Virus record (IMG/VR): IMGVR_UViG_3300021961_000062
Location: 55,234 to 75,233 of that record
Source: an uncultured virus (IMG/VR IMGVR_UViG_3300021961_000062)
Taxonomy: Duplodnaviria; Heunggongvirae; Uroviricota; Caudoviricetes
Reading direction: 5' to 3' (one strand)
DNA: 20,000 nucleotides
Shown: positions 1 through 8,820 of the stretch, piece by piece
How positions within the stretch are numbered: position 1 is the stretch's first letter
How the letters are laid out: each line of letters starts with the position of its first letter
The notes under the pieces: generated by a model
What the model was told of the DNA's origin: nothing
Database searches by the model: none
The model's input: only the letters and a program-made list of their open reading frames with translations
Position numbers and translations under genes: made by a program

Positions 1-168
1 TCCGTCTGCATCCTTTCTACCACATGGAGGGTGTTTGCCATCTATTTTTCTAGATACATCAACCCATTTCTCTTTGAACCAACGGCCAAGATCTTCTTGG
101 AGAACCTCACCATTGGCAAGACACTCCTCAATGTATTTCTTATCTTCTTCGTTGATTATTATTTTCAT
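1..168 (-). CDS. Hypothetical phage protein, partial (runs off the left edge), with LGRWFKEKWVD..PCGR motif
   Basis: Not in the ORF track; read manually. ATG at 168 overlaps the upstream TAA (TAATG). Open for 56 codons to the window edge: MKIIINEEDKKYIEECLANGEVLQEDLGRWFKEKWVDVSRKIDGKHPPCGRKDADG. Confidence 0.85.
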   Translation of the reverse strand, partial: MKIIINEEDKKYIEECLANGEVLQEDLGRWFKEKWVDVSRKIDGKHPPCGRKDADG

Positions 169-599
169 TACTTTTTCTTTTTACAATAAGAACCTGAACA
201 TCTCTTCTTACCATCTAAACCAGGCATGGTTCCTTTACAAACTTGGACCGCATACCCATTGGCATATGCGGATGGGTAAACGTCAAACTTAGATTTTGCT
301 GCGGATATGCCACGAGAACATAATTTGTTCTTATTTTTCTTTTCTTCGTTGATTGCTTCTTTGGTTTCATTCATGAAGAAATCTAATACTTGATCAATGT
401 TTTCTTTCGCCACCGTTACGTGATCGTCCGCCCAATCATGACCATTTTGTAAAATTTCTTCTATGATCATTGGGTCTAACTCTAATAACATTTCACACTG
501 CCTCTTTATTTGTTGTAAATTACTAAAGAACATGTAATTTTCTGTTCTTTCTTCCTTTAAAGAGGATAAATGTTTTTTTATAATTTCCTTCAAGTCCAT
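168..599 (-). CDS. Hypothetical two-domain protein (143 aa): acidic helical N-domain plus basic Cys-containing KFDVYPSAYAN C-domain
   Basis: ORF 168..635. The ATG at 599 (MDLKEIIKK) is preferred because it avoids overlap with the upstream gene and follows a TACTTATA motif. Confidence 0.8.
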   Translation of the reverse strand: MDLKEIIKKHLSSLKEERTENYMFFSNLQQIKRQCEMLLELDPMIIEEILQNGHDWADDHVTVAKENIDQVLDFFMNETKEAINEEKKNKNKLCSRGISAAKSKFDVYPSAYANGYAVQVCKGTMPGLDGKKRCSGSYCKKKK

Positions 600-602
600 A
601 TC

Positions 603-610
603 TATAAGTA
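603..610 (-). promoter_or_regulatory. Variant late-type motif TACTTATA
   Basis: Lies in the 13-bp gap, 3 nt before ATG 599, with one mismatch to TATTTATA. Confidence 0.4.
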
Positions 611-612
611 TT

Positions 613-1983
613 TTATTTTTCCGAGACAATCTCAAATTTTATGACGTTTGGATAATCAAACTCTTCGTTGTGTTTGATACCCTTTATTTCGATAAAATAT
701 TCTCTTGGTATAAGGATAGACGTATCTAACATGAAACTATTTTCATTTGTTACATCTAAGTATGTCCAATCGAATACGTTTACATTTGTGTGACCTTCTT
801 TAATATAAATCCTGTAGAATACCTCATCAAATATTTCATTTGTTGACTTAGAAATTGTCCTAAAAATTGCGGTTATCTTTCTTGTCTCTCCTGATTTAAT
901 TTTTTCGTTTTGTTTTATACCCGAGAATTGGACCACATATTTATTAGTCTCCTTCTGATTCTCACCTATTGTAAATTTTGAAGAGTAAGGTTTAGGGACA
1001 AATTTTTGTGTAATATCGGGGAATGTCGTACCCTCCACGTTTATACCTTTCCACACATCATAGAAAAATCTTTTTCCGTCACACACCAAACCGTTAATAC
1101 CAAAAGTTACTCTATACACCCCTTTTCTCACCTTTTCCACTGATAGGTCAGTTAAACCACTAATTGGAGTTTGAGTGGAATCTAAGATGTCCACTGTTGG
1201 TAAGTCATCTAAATCAAAGAAGTTGGTGTCCTTGTTGACATATAAGAATAAGTTCTGATTGGTTTTTTCGATAAAATTTTCCCTGTCGTCAACTATCCTA
1301 TCATTAAATATTGTTTCTAAAAATGGTTCGAAAAAAGTTTGGGTGTACTTACTGAAGAAAGCAACCGACTGATCAACTTCTGAAGTTAGATCTTGATAAA
1401 GTGGGTCAAATGCAACACCAATACCATAATCAGTTTCTCCATTCAAGATACTGTTAATGTAGGATGTTATATCAACTTCCAAATCCTCATTACCATTATC
1501 GAAATTTTGTGTCCCAATTATAATTGGATTATTTGAATATACCCCTTCTGCGGTCCATGAATCTAATGTGGTTCTCATAAACCAGTTCGAAGGTCTCACA
1601 TCAAATGTGTTATTTCCGGTTGTATAATCGTAACCCGAATCTTCGTAATCGAAACCAACACCTTCATCCCAATATTGTGGAATTTTAAAAACAACTAATT
1701 TGAATGATGTTGTTCTTTCTCTACCACTACCCCTTTTTGCTCCTAAGAATATTTCATCCCCAAAAATGGTGTTAGTCATGTGAAGGACGTGTTTTGTATC
1801 TGAATTTAAAACATAAGTACCGTTTTCAATACTTGATTTTAAATCAGTTAAATCTATCTTACAAAGAAATTTGGAAAAACCCGAACCATAGAAGATCTCG
1901 GTCGAGGGGTTTTTTGCGGTATTAACCTTCAACCCCTTGATTATCGTGTTGTTTTTCTCGAAATATGAACGAAAATATGACAT
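613..1983 (-). CDS. Putative virion structural protein (beta-rich, possibly beta-sandwich/Ig-like domains)
   Basis: 456-aa ORF rich in aromatic residues and beta-strand patterns, directly downstream of the spike gene and preceded by TATTTAT. The function is inferred from context only. Confidence 0.55.
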   Translation of the reverse strand: MSYFRSYFEKNNTIIKGLKVNTAKNPSTEIFYGSGFSKFLCKIDLTDLKSSIENGTYVLNSDTKHVLHMTNTIFGDEIFLGAKRGSGRERTTSFKLVVFKIPQYWDEGVGFDYEDSGYDYTTGNNTFDVRPSNWFMRTTLDSWTAEGVYSNNPIIIGTQNFDNGNEDLEVDITSYINSILNGETDYGIGVAFDPLYQDLTSEVDQSVAFFSKYTQTFFEPFLETIFNDRIVDDRENFIEKTNQNLFLYVNKDTNFFDLDDLPTVDILDSTQTPISGLTDLSVEKVRKGVYRVTFGINGLVCDGKRFFYDVWKGINVEGTTFPDITQKFVPKPYSSKFTIGENQKETNKYVVQFSGIKQNEKIKSGETRKITAIFRTISKSTNEIFDEVFYRIYIKEGHTNVNVFDWTYLDVTNENSFMLDTSILIPREYFIEIKGIKHNEEFDYPNVIKFEIVSEK

Positions 1984-2002
1984 CTTAACTTATCTTTCTT
2001 TA

Positions 2003-2009
2003 ATAAATA
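2003..2009 (-). promoter_or_regulatory. Putative late promoter motif TATTTAT
   Basis: Sense strand reads GATATTTATTAAAG in the 31-bp gap, 19 nt before ATG 1983. Confidence 0.55.
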
Positions 2010-2014
2010 TCTGA

Positions 2015-3487
2015 TTAGTTTATTCTAATCGATTTATTTAGAAGATCGTTCTCGATTGTTTTAAAAACTTCCTGTAATTCGGAGAGGTTTGGTGTCCCAT
2101 CAGGCATTGGTTCACCTGGATTGTGTGCGTGTGACCTTATAACTCTATATAGAAGTATTAATGCTTTAACTAAATTTTCACCCCTTACAGTTGAGTAAGT
2201 ATTGGGTTCTATTAAAGTAAGTAGTTCTTCCTGAGTATATTCGTATTTGTTTAACTTATTAAAGGGTACCGATTTTCCGGCAACTTGATTAGTATCACTA
2301 GATAAAAAGTAAATCTTGTCAGATGTTAGGGACCCAAAAGTCTGTTCCATATTCGAAGCAACTGTTACCAATTGATTTTCTATTATTTCTTTAGTCACAG
2401 GTTTGGGATAATTTTCCGTAGGACTGTAATAAAGTCCTGAACCATTGTTAGACCCTGGATTTGTTGTGGGTTTTACTTCTTTTAAAAACGACTTATCAGT
2501 TAGTGTACTTACGGGTCTAAAATAAAAAGGGTGTAAGAGAGGACGAGGTAATCTTCTATTTAAAACTTTTAAACCTTTTCTATTTATTTTATCTATGGTT
2601 GTTCTAATTGTAGTATATGCGTCCTTAAAATTTCTAACAGATTCAGTATGTGTTGGGGTTACATTAGTGCCATCTAAATTTATTAATTTGATTGAATTTG
2701 AATATGATAGTAAATCTTGGGCAGTGGTGGAGGTAAACACTCTGGTATTAAACGTATCCCCATAAACATTTTTTACCTCATATACATACCAAAAAAGTAT
2801 TGAAGGATCGGTCACGTCATCGACATCATACTCTATGATATAATTTAATTTTTTACTTGGTATTGTAGTTACTGGGGTTTTAAACTCCACATTTTCTTTT
2901 TTGGTGCTGAATTTTTTTAGGGAAAGTATTGCCCTTTTTTCGGACATTATTGGAAATGACTGTATATCGTCTTTTTTTAATGTGTCTTTAACTAAAAACT
3001 TACCTCCTCTTAAATTTATTCCATTTTCCGTAAATAAGATGTCGGACCCATATGGTCCGTAGATTGCATAATCTTTAAATTCTGCGATAGAACCCACAGA
3101 CTCCTTTTTCTTGTATTGTCCATCACTAAAAATATCGGGAGAAGATTTGACCAGAACCCCATAGGAAGTATTCTCCACTTGTTGTGAGTTGGTTTGGGAA
3201 TTAAAGTCATGAATAGTTGTGAATGGTCCTGCAATGTACTCTCTATTAAGGAGATCATTATCGGGATCGTAGTATATGATCTTTACTGTCTGACCAACCT
3301 CGGGAACAAAATTTATATTAGTTGGTAGGAATGGTAATGCCACAAAAGGATCGTTGTTGTCCCATTTATTATATTTAATAGCATTTTCCCTAGTGCTACT
3401 AGATTCGCCCATGACTTTGAACCTCACTCTACCAATACCCTTCGGGTCTTGATTTTCGTCAACTATGGCTAGTTTAATATAACTCAT
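2015..3487 (-). CDS. Baseplate central spike / hub protein (T4 gp5 / P2 gpV / VgrG OB-fold type)
   Basis: N-terminal IVDENQDPKGIGRVRF and PEVGQTVKIIY match the gp5 OB-fold signatures (DP..lGRVrV; P.vG..V). GPYGSDILFTENGINLRGGK is beta-helix-like. The C-terminal VRGENL...SHAH carries the HxH apex motif at 2123-2131. Confidence 0.8.
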   Translation of the reverse strand: MSYIKLAIVDENQDPKGIGRVRFKVMGESSSTRENAIKYNKWDNNDPFVALPFLPTNINFVPEVGQTVKIIYYDPDNDLLNREYIAGPFTTIHDFNSQTNSQQVENTSYGVLVKSSPDIFSDGQYKKKESVGSIAEFKDYAIYGPYGSDILFTENGINLRGGKFLVKDTLKKDDIQSFPIMSEKRAILSLKKFSTKKENVEFKTPVTTIPSKKLNYIIEYDVDDVTDPSILFWYVYEVKNVYGDTFNTRVFTSTTAQDLLSYSNSIKLINLDGTNVTPTHTESVRNFKDAYTTIRTTIDKINRKGLKVLNRRLPRPLLHPFYFRPVSTLTDKSFLKEVKPTTNPGSNNGSGLYYSPTENYPKPVTKEIIENQLVTVASNMEQTFGSLTSDKIYFLSSDTNQVAGKSVPFNKLNKYEYTQEELLTLIEPNTYSTVRGENLVKALILLYRVIRSHAHNPGEPMPDGTPNLSELQEVFKTIENDLLNKSIRIN

Positions 3488-3687
3488 TTCTTACCGTACC
3501 TATTACCTAACTCTTTGTTAATTTTATTATATGATGTCTCCACCGCGTCCAAATATTTAGTCAATTCTAAAATACTTGATTTAGTTTTCTCAAACTCGGT
3601 AGTTAGAAATTCCATACACTCAGTCAAGTCTTTGTTATTTTTAACTTCGGGATTGTTTACTATGTCTAAAATTTTATTTGGTTCCAT
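3484..3687 (-). CDS. Small coiled-coil hypothetical protein (67 aa)
   Basis: Fills the gap between two large genes, has an ATGA overlap with the spike gene and a heptad-like pattern. Confidence 0.75.
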   Translation of the reverse strand: MEPNKILDIVNNPEVKNNKDLTECMEFLTTEFEKTKSSILELTKYLDAVETSYNKINKELGNRYGKK

Positions 3688-3688
3688 C

Positions 3689-5584
3689 TTAGAATACTTT
3701 ACCCGAACTGTTTAAAATTCCTGGAGGAATAGTTAATGGTCCCGCAGGTGTCGGAATGGTTATTTTTTTATTACTAACTTTTACAAATGAGTTTGTATCG
3801 CTCTCTTCGGAAATACCCTCAATTACTGACTTCATCATCAACAAATATTTGTTAGGTTCTCCGTATATGGTACCCGTATTAAGTCCTAATTGGGATGCCC
3901 TTTCTGCTGAATTCATGTATGCCCTATCCGCACTATAACCAGGTAATATATCGGCAAAACCTAATATAAAACCAGGTACATTGATTTTACCACCCGGTAA
4001 ATTCAGAGCACCTTTAATTGCTCCTATAATTGCTAAAAATATTTCTAAACAACTTTTAAAACCAACGGTCAGTAATTTTCTAAGTAAGTCAATTATTGCG
4101 GTTAAAATTCTTACAAAATGTTTATACTTATTTTTTAATATTTTCATTCCCACGTTGGCAACAAAATCGAGAAGATCTTTCTTAATAAATTTCCAAAATT
4201 CAGTCAAGAATTTCCAAAAAACTTCTTTGATAATTGTATGAACCAGTTTATAAAGTTTCTTCATTAATTCCTTTATGTCAAGTATAACACCTTTTAGTTG
4301 TTTATATGCAACCACTAAAGGATAGAAAACCTTAGGAGATAAAACCGACGAAACCAAAGCTTTAGGAACGTTTAAAATAAACATATTTAGTAATTCTAAA
4401 TTTATGTTATCAAACATGTTTTGGTTGTCACTTTGTATTGCGGCATTTAATGCGACCGAGTCCAAAGTATCATCAACTAAATTTGATAAGTTACCATCTG
4501 AGAGAAAAACAAAGTCTTCAAATGAAGTTTGGGGAGAGGGAATTTCAAAATTACCACAGTCCTTGAATCTTAGAACTTTTCTATATCTATCATCTTCATC
4601 ATCTATGTCGATCCCTTCCACATCATCAAAATCAAAGTACGATTGAATGTCGGAATCATTCTCGGAAAATTGTTGACTGGTGGTTTGTATTAAACCACTA
4701 TCTTCCATTGGGGATCCGCAAAGTTTAAAAAGTTTGGAACATAGTCTGTTTAAGTATGCCATTGCTTTATCAAAGGATTCAGGATTCTCACCATCCCCTT
4801 GTAACGTCATTAACATGGCGGTTTTAATAATATATTCTATTTTGGGAGTCTCAATACTATCGTAGTAGTCCTCCATAAATTCACCAACCTTTACTGCCGC
4901 AATACCTTGTTTTAATCCACTCACTTGGTATTCTTGGTTTCCACTATCCCACGATAGTGAAAATAGGTTTTTACCTGATTTACTACTAAATGTGTAGTTA
5001 TTAGAGAAAGCATTATAGAGTTCTCTATTCATTTTAATATCTCCAGATGAGGGACTCTCCTCCTCATACATTATCATACCGATAGATGATGAAGGGTCAT
5101 TTTGTAAAACGTTTAAGAAGTCAAATTCTTTTGGAGAGATAGTCATACTATCTTGTGGCATCTCAGTATCTACACCACAAATACTTGAATCTGAATCAAC
5201 GAATAAGACTTTTTTTACACTTTCTTTTACAATGTTTTTAGAATCTTTTACAGTTATCGATGCCGACTCTAAAGCGTATTTTTTTAATTTTCTACCCGAT
5301 AATAATTTTTCATTATCGTTTAATTGTATCTTATTTGATCTAGTGGTTAAAAAATCGTTAGCGATATCAATTATGGAACCAAAAATATCTTCCTTATTAT
5401 CTTTTTTTCTTTTGAGTTTACTCTTTAACCCCTCTATAGAATCTGATATTTTCTTATCTATCTCAGCGTCTTTAAGGTATAGGTCATAGAGGTTGTCAGA
5501 AGCCTTTGACGGATCGTCATTAATCTTCTTAACAATTTCAAGTTTTGACTTGATCTCACCTCTTAACTTTTTAACCTTACTCAT
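3689..5584 (-). CDS. Large hypothetical protein (631 aa), probably virion/baseplate-associated
   Basis: Long ORF coupled by TAATG to the upstream gene. It has a helical N-terminus, an acidic central patch and a long amphipathic/hydrophobic C-terminal segment. No recognised family. Confidence 0.7.
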   Translation of the reverse strand: MSKVKKLRGEIKSKLEIVKKINDDPSKASDNLYDLYLKDAEIDKKISDSIEGLKSKLKRKKDNKEDIFGSIIDIANDFLTTRSNKIQLNDNEKLLSGRKLKKYALESASITVKDSKNIVKESVKKVLFVDSDSSICGVDTEMPQDSMTISPKEFDFLNVLQNDPSSSIGMIMYEEESPSSGDIKMNRELYNAFSNNYTFSSKSGKNLFSLSWDSGNQEYQVSGLKQGIAAVKVGEFMEDYYDSIETPKIEYIIKTAMLMTLQGDGENPESFDKAMAYLNRLCSKLFKLCGSPMEDSGLIQTTSQQFSENDSDIQSYFDFDDVEGIDIDDEDDRYRKVLRFKDCGNFEIPSPQTSFEDFVFLSDGNLSNLVDDTLDSVALNAAIQSDNQNMFDNINLELLNMFILNVPKALVSSVLSPKVFYPLVVAYKQLKGVILDIKELMKKLYKLVHTIIKEVFWKFLTEFWKFIKKDLLDFVANVGMKILKNKYKHFVRILTAIIDLLRKLLTVGFKSCLEIFLAIIGAIKGALNLPGGKINVPGFILGFADILPGYSADRAYMNSAERASQLGLNTGTIYGEPNKYLLMMKSVIEGISEESDTNSFVKVSNKKITIPTPAGPLTIPPGILNSSGKVF

Positions 5585-5964
5585 TACATTTGATATTTTT
5601 GGGATCCACTTCCTTGTGGTTCATCATCTTCCTTCATAAGTTTCTCCAATAACTGTCTGTCTTCTTCAGTTAGATCTAATTTTCCTCCGTTTTGGATTTG
5701 TCCACCTCCACTTTGTTTTAATAATACACTTTGTAGTTTTACTAAGGAGATTTTCTTTTCGGTACAATCATTAAGAATTTTTTGTTGTTCTTTAATCACG
5801 GGACCAATAACACTCATGTCTTCGGCCTCCTTCATAAAACTCAACATCTTCTTGGTTATTAAATTGGCGGTTTGCTTCTGCTCCACAATATCATTGTAGA
5901 TTTCCTGCATTAAAGAGAGTGCAGAATCAGTATCTAATGATAATAAATTTGTCTTTCTTCTCAT
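5584..5964 (-). CDS. Helical hypothetical protein (126 aa); possibly terminase small subunit-like
   Basis: Clear ORF with a helix-hairpin/coiled-coil pattern and Gly-rich tail, preceded by TATTTATA. The TerS idea is a weak pattern resemblance only. Confidence 0.65.
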   Translation of the reverse strand: MRRKTNLLSLDTDSALSLMQEIYNDIVEQKQTANLITKKMLSFMKEAEDMSVIGPVIKEQQKILNDCTEKKISLVKLQSVLLKQSGGGQIQNGGKLDLTEEDRQLLEKLMKEDDEPQGSGSQKYQM

Positions 5965-5967
5965 ACC

Positions 5968-5975
5968 TATAAATA
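5968..5975 (-). promoter_or_regulatory. Putative late promoter motif TATTTATA
   Basis: Sense strand reads CTATTTATAGGT-ATG in the 19-bp gap immediately after the sigma factor gene. Confidence 0.55.
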
Positions 5976-5983
5976 GATTGTTT

Positions 5984-6685
5984 CTAATTATTTATGAAAT
6001 CCAACTTTAACAACTCATAAAGTTTTTTATACTTTTTCATCGCTACACGGATCTCTTTAGTACTTAAAGAAGTCATCTCTCTAAGAGATAATAGTATTAA
6101 ATTCTTATTGAATTTATTACCGTCACCTTGTTGGAAAATCTTATCGAAGTTTGAAAAGACCTCGATAAGGGCGTATCCCAATTTTTTTTCATTATCATTA
6201 AGATCTTCATTTTCCACAAAATTTTCTAACTCTGTGGTGAGTTTAATAACAATGTTTTTATAGTCTAACTCCTCTTCATCTATAACATATGAGAGGTCGG
6301 CACGATCCTCCAATCGTGTTGAGATGTCTTCATATGAAACGGATCTATTTGTTTCTTTTACATCTTTTTGTATGGTACCCATAAGATAGTTCTTACAGAT
6401 TGTACCAAAATAGGAGTATGCTTTATAGTTTTTCGTAGTATCAAACTTACTGATCTTAGTCATCAAGAATGACATAGTATCAGTGTGAATTTCTTCAAAC
6501 TCGTAATCTTTCCTATAAAGTTTATAACGGCGGATTATACTTTCCACCATTATTGTGAGAGGTTCTTCTAAATATTCTCTGAATATCTTATTCTTTTCGT
6601 CTTCGTTTTCGGATTCTAAGTATCGTACTACCGCTTGTTCTTGCTCCTCCCCAAAATACATTTTTTGGGTGCGTTTTCTCGGCAT
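5984..6685 (-). CDS. Phage RNA polymerase sigma factor for late transcription (T4 gp55-like, sigma70 region 2)
   Basis: YF.....AVVRY N-terminus, MVESIIRRY, and KISKFDTTKNYKAYSYFGTICKNYL, which resembles the gp55/region 2 pattern 'nFDp.k...afaYFt.i..naf'. Confidence 0.75.
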   Translation of the reverse strand: MPRKRTQKMYFGEEQEQAVVRYLESENEDEKNKIFREYLEEPLTIMVESIIRRYKLYRKDYEFEEIHTDTMSFLMTKISKFDTTKNYKAYSYFGTICKNYLMGTIQKDVKETNRSVSYEDISTRLEDRADLSYVIDEEELDYKNIVIKLTTELENFVENEDLNDNEKKLGYALIEVFSNFDKIFQQGDGNKFNKNLILLSLREMTSLSTKEIRVAMKKYKKLYELLKLDFINN

Positions 6686-7470
6686 TAACTTTCAGCGTAT
6701 TCAATATCTCGTTTAGTCTTAAAGAAGAATTCTTTTTTGGCTGTTTCTAACCAAAATTTAGGTTCTTCAGAAGATAGTTTTAAATTTTCATCGTTTTTAT
6801 ATGACCAAAACAACGAACCTTCTCTAAAGTTGACGTGTCTGTACCCAACTTGTGGGATAACGGCAACCTTGACACCATTGTGAGTTAACCTTAATAAAAA
6901 CTCATAACTAAATGTCAGTTTAATGTTTTCTTTAAAAGACCCATTCTCTTTGATCACATCTGTTTTATAGAGACCTCCACTAGTTTGGTAGTTTTGGTAA
7001 TCTAATAAAACCTCATTATCTATAATACCTTGTTTTTCACTAAACCCGTAAGCCCACACAGACTCGTTAGTGAAACTAGTCATTTTACCCTCAACGTTAA
7101 CATCCTTAACAATTGGTAAGAATACGTCTGCGTCCTCAAACATTTCTCTATAGTTTGTAAATGATTTTAACCAATTTGATGTATACTCATCATCTACTTC
7201 TAAAATTGAAAACCATTCGGTTTTACAACTATTGATTCCAAGATTTACTTGAGAACAAAAATCGGTAGGACCGGTGTTAATTGTGAATTCAATGTCTAAC
7301 TTATCTGTAAGACCTCCTCTGGTGAGATCCCCGATTGCGTTTGATGGACCAACTATTTGGAGTATCACGTCATCGTGGAACTGTTCCACAGAAGAAATTG
7401 CTCTATTTAACATCTCCTGATATTCTCCTTCAAGAGTATGTATTGGTAATATTATTGTTATATTTTTCAT
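6685..7470 (-). CDS. Glycosyltransferase family 2 (GT-A fold)
   Basis: ITIILPIH start, QVNLGINSCKTEWFSILEVDDEY (N.Gi......w...lDxDD), GGLYKTDVIKENGSF and YEFLLRL motifs. Confidence 0.8.
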   Translation of the reverse strand: MKNITIILPIHTLEGEYQEMLNRAISSVEQFHDDVILQIVGPSNAIGDLTRGGLTDKLDIEFTINTGPTDFCSQVNLGINSCKTEWFSILEVDDEYTSNWLKSFTNYREMFEDADVFLPIVKDVNVEGKMTSFTNESVWAYGFSEKQGIIDNEVLLDYQNYQTSGGLYKTDVIKENGSFKENIKLTFSYEFLLRLTHNGVKVAVIPQVGYRHVNFREGSLFWSYKNDENLKLSSEEPKFWLETAKKEFFFKTKRDIEYAES

Positions 7471-8537
7471 ACGTTTACTTCCTCTTTTAATTTATTCAAA
7501 ACATTCTCAATTGATGTTACTCTACTATTTCTAAAAGAGTTGAAAATTGAGATTATATTTTGATCTATTACATCTTCGGCATAAGGAATAAGAGTTTCTT
7601 TCATTTTTTCCTTAACCTCGTCGTTAATGGTGATTCCTTCTAACCAAGCTAAAACATATGTTCCCATGAATTCGACAATTTTACTTAAATCATAGGACCA
7701 TAAACCATTTTCATTAACCCAGTCTGGTTCCGTATTAGGGACCTTACCAATGACAGGTACTTCACATTTCATCGATTCTAAAGGAAACGTACCAAACGTA
7801 GACTCCTCATCCAACCAAACAGAACAAATACATTCTTTTAGTTGGTCGGCAAATTCCGTGTAAGGCATCTGTACCATATCTTTAAAAGTAATCCACCTTA
7901 ATTGTGGGTACTTTAAATAAAATTCAGATATAACTCTTCTGTGTTGTCCCCTATCTCTAGCACTAATGGCTATAAATGGTTTTGTTGGTGTTTCTGACGG
8001 CTTAAAGATATCCCCTATTTTGGGTGGATTGACAAAGATGAAAGATTCGGGGAATACTGATTTAATATATTCTTTGGATCTCTCTGTAGTCGTGATAACC
8101 TTATCAAAACCATAATCACTCCATCTACTACCAACAGGTAACGTTTCAAAAATATACTCTGTTTGTTGTACTAACATGATCTTAGTACATTTTATATTAG
8201 ATAGTTGTTCTAAAACATTAGAATAATACTCAGGTACAACAATAACATCGTCAATACCCATCTCAAGTTTATCCTCTTTTATAGTAACAACAGGAATATC
8301 ATTATATGTATCACCCATCCAAGCTCTTACACCTGAATAGTTCTTATCCTCAACAAGGATTTTCGCATCTATACCATACTCTCTTAGGGTTTTCACAGAG
8401 TCATATATGTATTTGATTGCGGCCCTGGCATTTCCTTTCGTATCATATGTTAGGAAATAAATTTTGTATTCATTACTGTTTAATCTAGAGAGGGCATTCT
8501 CTAATTTTGTAATGTTTTCTTGTGTTTTATCACTCAT
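7467..8537 (-). CDS. Glycosyltransferase, GT-B fold (GT4-like)
   Basis: DDVIVVPE in the N-domain, and a C-domain STFGTFPLESMKCEVPVIG resembling EgFGlpplEAMacGvPVI. Confidence 0.7.
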   Translation of the reverse strand: MSDKTQENITKLENALSRLNSNEYKIYFLTYDTKGNARAAIKYIYDSVKTLREYGIDAKILVEDKNYSGVRAWMGDTYNDIPVVTIKEDKLEMGIDDVIVVPEYYSNVLEQLSNIKCTKIMLVQQTEYIFETLPVGSRWSDYGFDKVITTTERSKEYIKSVFPESFIFVNPPKIGDIFKPSETPTKPFIAISARDRGQHRRVISEFYLKYPQLRWITFKDMVQMPYTEFADQLKECICSVWLDEESTFGTFPLESMKCEVPVIGKVPNTEPDWVNENGLWSYDLSKIVEFMGTYVLAWLEGITINDEVKEKMKETLIPYAEDVIDQNIISIFNSFRNSRVTSIENVLNKLKEEVNV

Positions 8538-8820
8538 CGTATTTTCTTAAAATTCCGTATTTTATTAGCGTGTTAAATGAAAACTTAAACGGGATTGATA
8601 ACTCGTTCGTTAACAACCCCAATCCATTATCATCTTGAGCACCTTCAGTTAATAATGTGTCTAAACATTGTTTAATGGTGTCATATTTAAACACATTTAT
8701 TGATTGTTCCACTTGTTGTGGTTTTTCATCATCATTTGCTATCGGTTCGACAGTCATTTCACAACTTTCAGTAATCTTGTCAATGTCGATATAATAATAT
8801 TCTCCGAAGATTTCAACCAT
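8530..8820 (-). CDS. Hypothetical protein (96 aa)
   Basis: ATGAGTGA-coupled to the downstream GT. Globular-looking sequence. It overlaps the upstream gene by 67 nt. Confidence 0.75.
   Translation of the reverse strand: MVEIFGEYYYIDIDKITESCEMTVEPIANDDEKPQQVEQSINVFKYDTIKQCLDTLLTEGAQDDNGLGLLTNELSIPFKFSFNTLIKYGILRKYDE

Noticed and set aside
35..292. + strand 85-aa ORF
   Set aside because: Antisense shadow of two coupled - strand genes with recognisable motifs.
3016..3258. Alternate-frame 80-aa ORF inside the spike gene
   Set aside because: No start context or recognisable features, and fully nested in a conserved gene.
3515..5489. Series of short + strand ORFs (3515, 3756, 3981, 4404, 4680, 5232)
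   Set aside because: Antisense in-register shadows of the 67-aa and 631-aa genes, with Ser/Leu/Phe-rich composition typical of non-coding reverse frames.
5984..5986. Stop-codon reassignment (TAG is rare as a stop here)
   Set aside because: Genes are full length under code 11. TAG terminates the sigma gene just before a promoter motif and TGA terminates several coupled genes.
8754..8820. 67-nt overlap of the HAD-like gene and the 96-aa gene as a programmed frameshift
   Set aside because: No slippery heptamer or stimulatory structure was evident, and it is more simply explained by a short C-terminal run-on.
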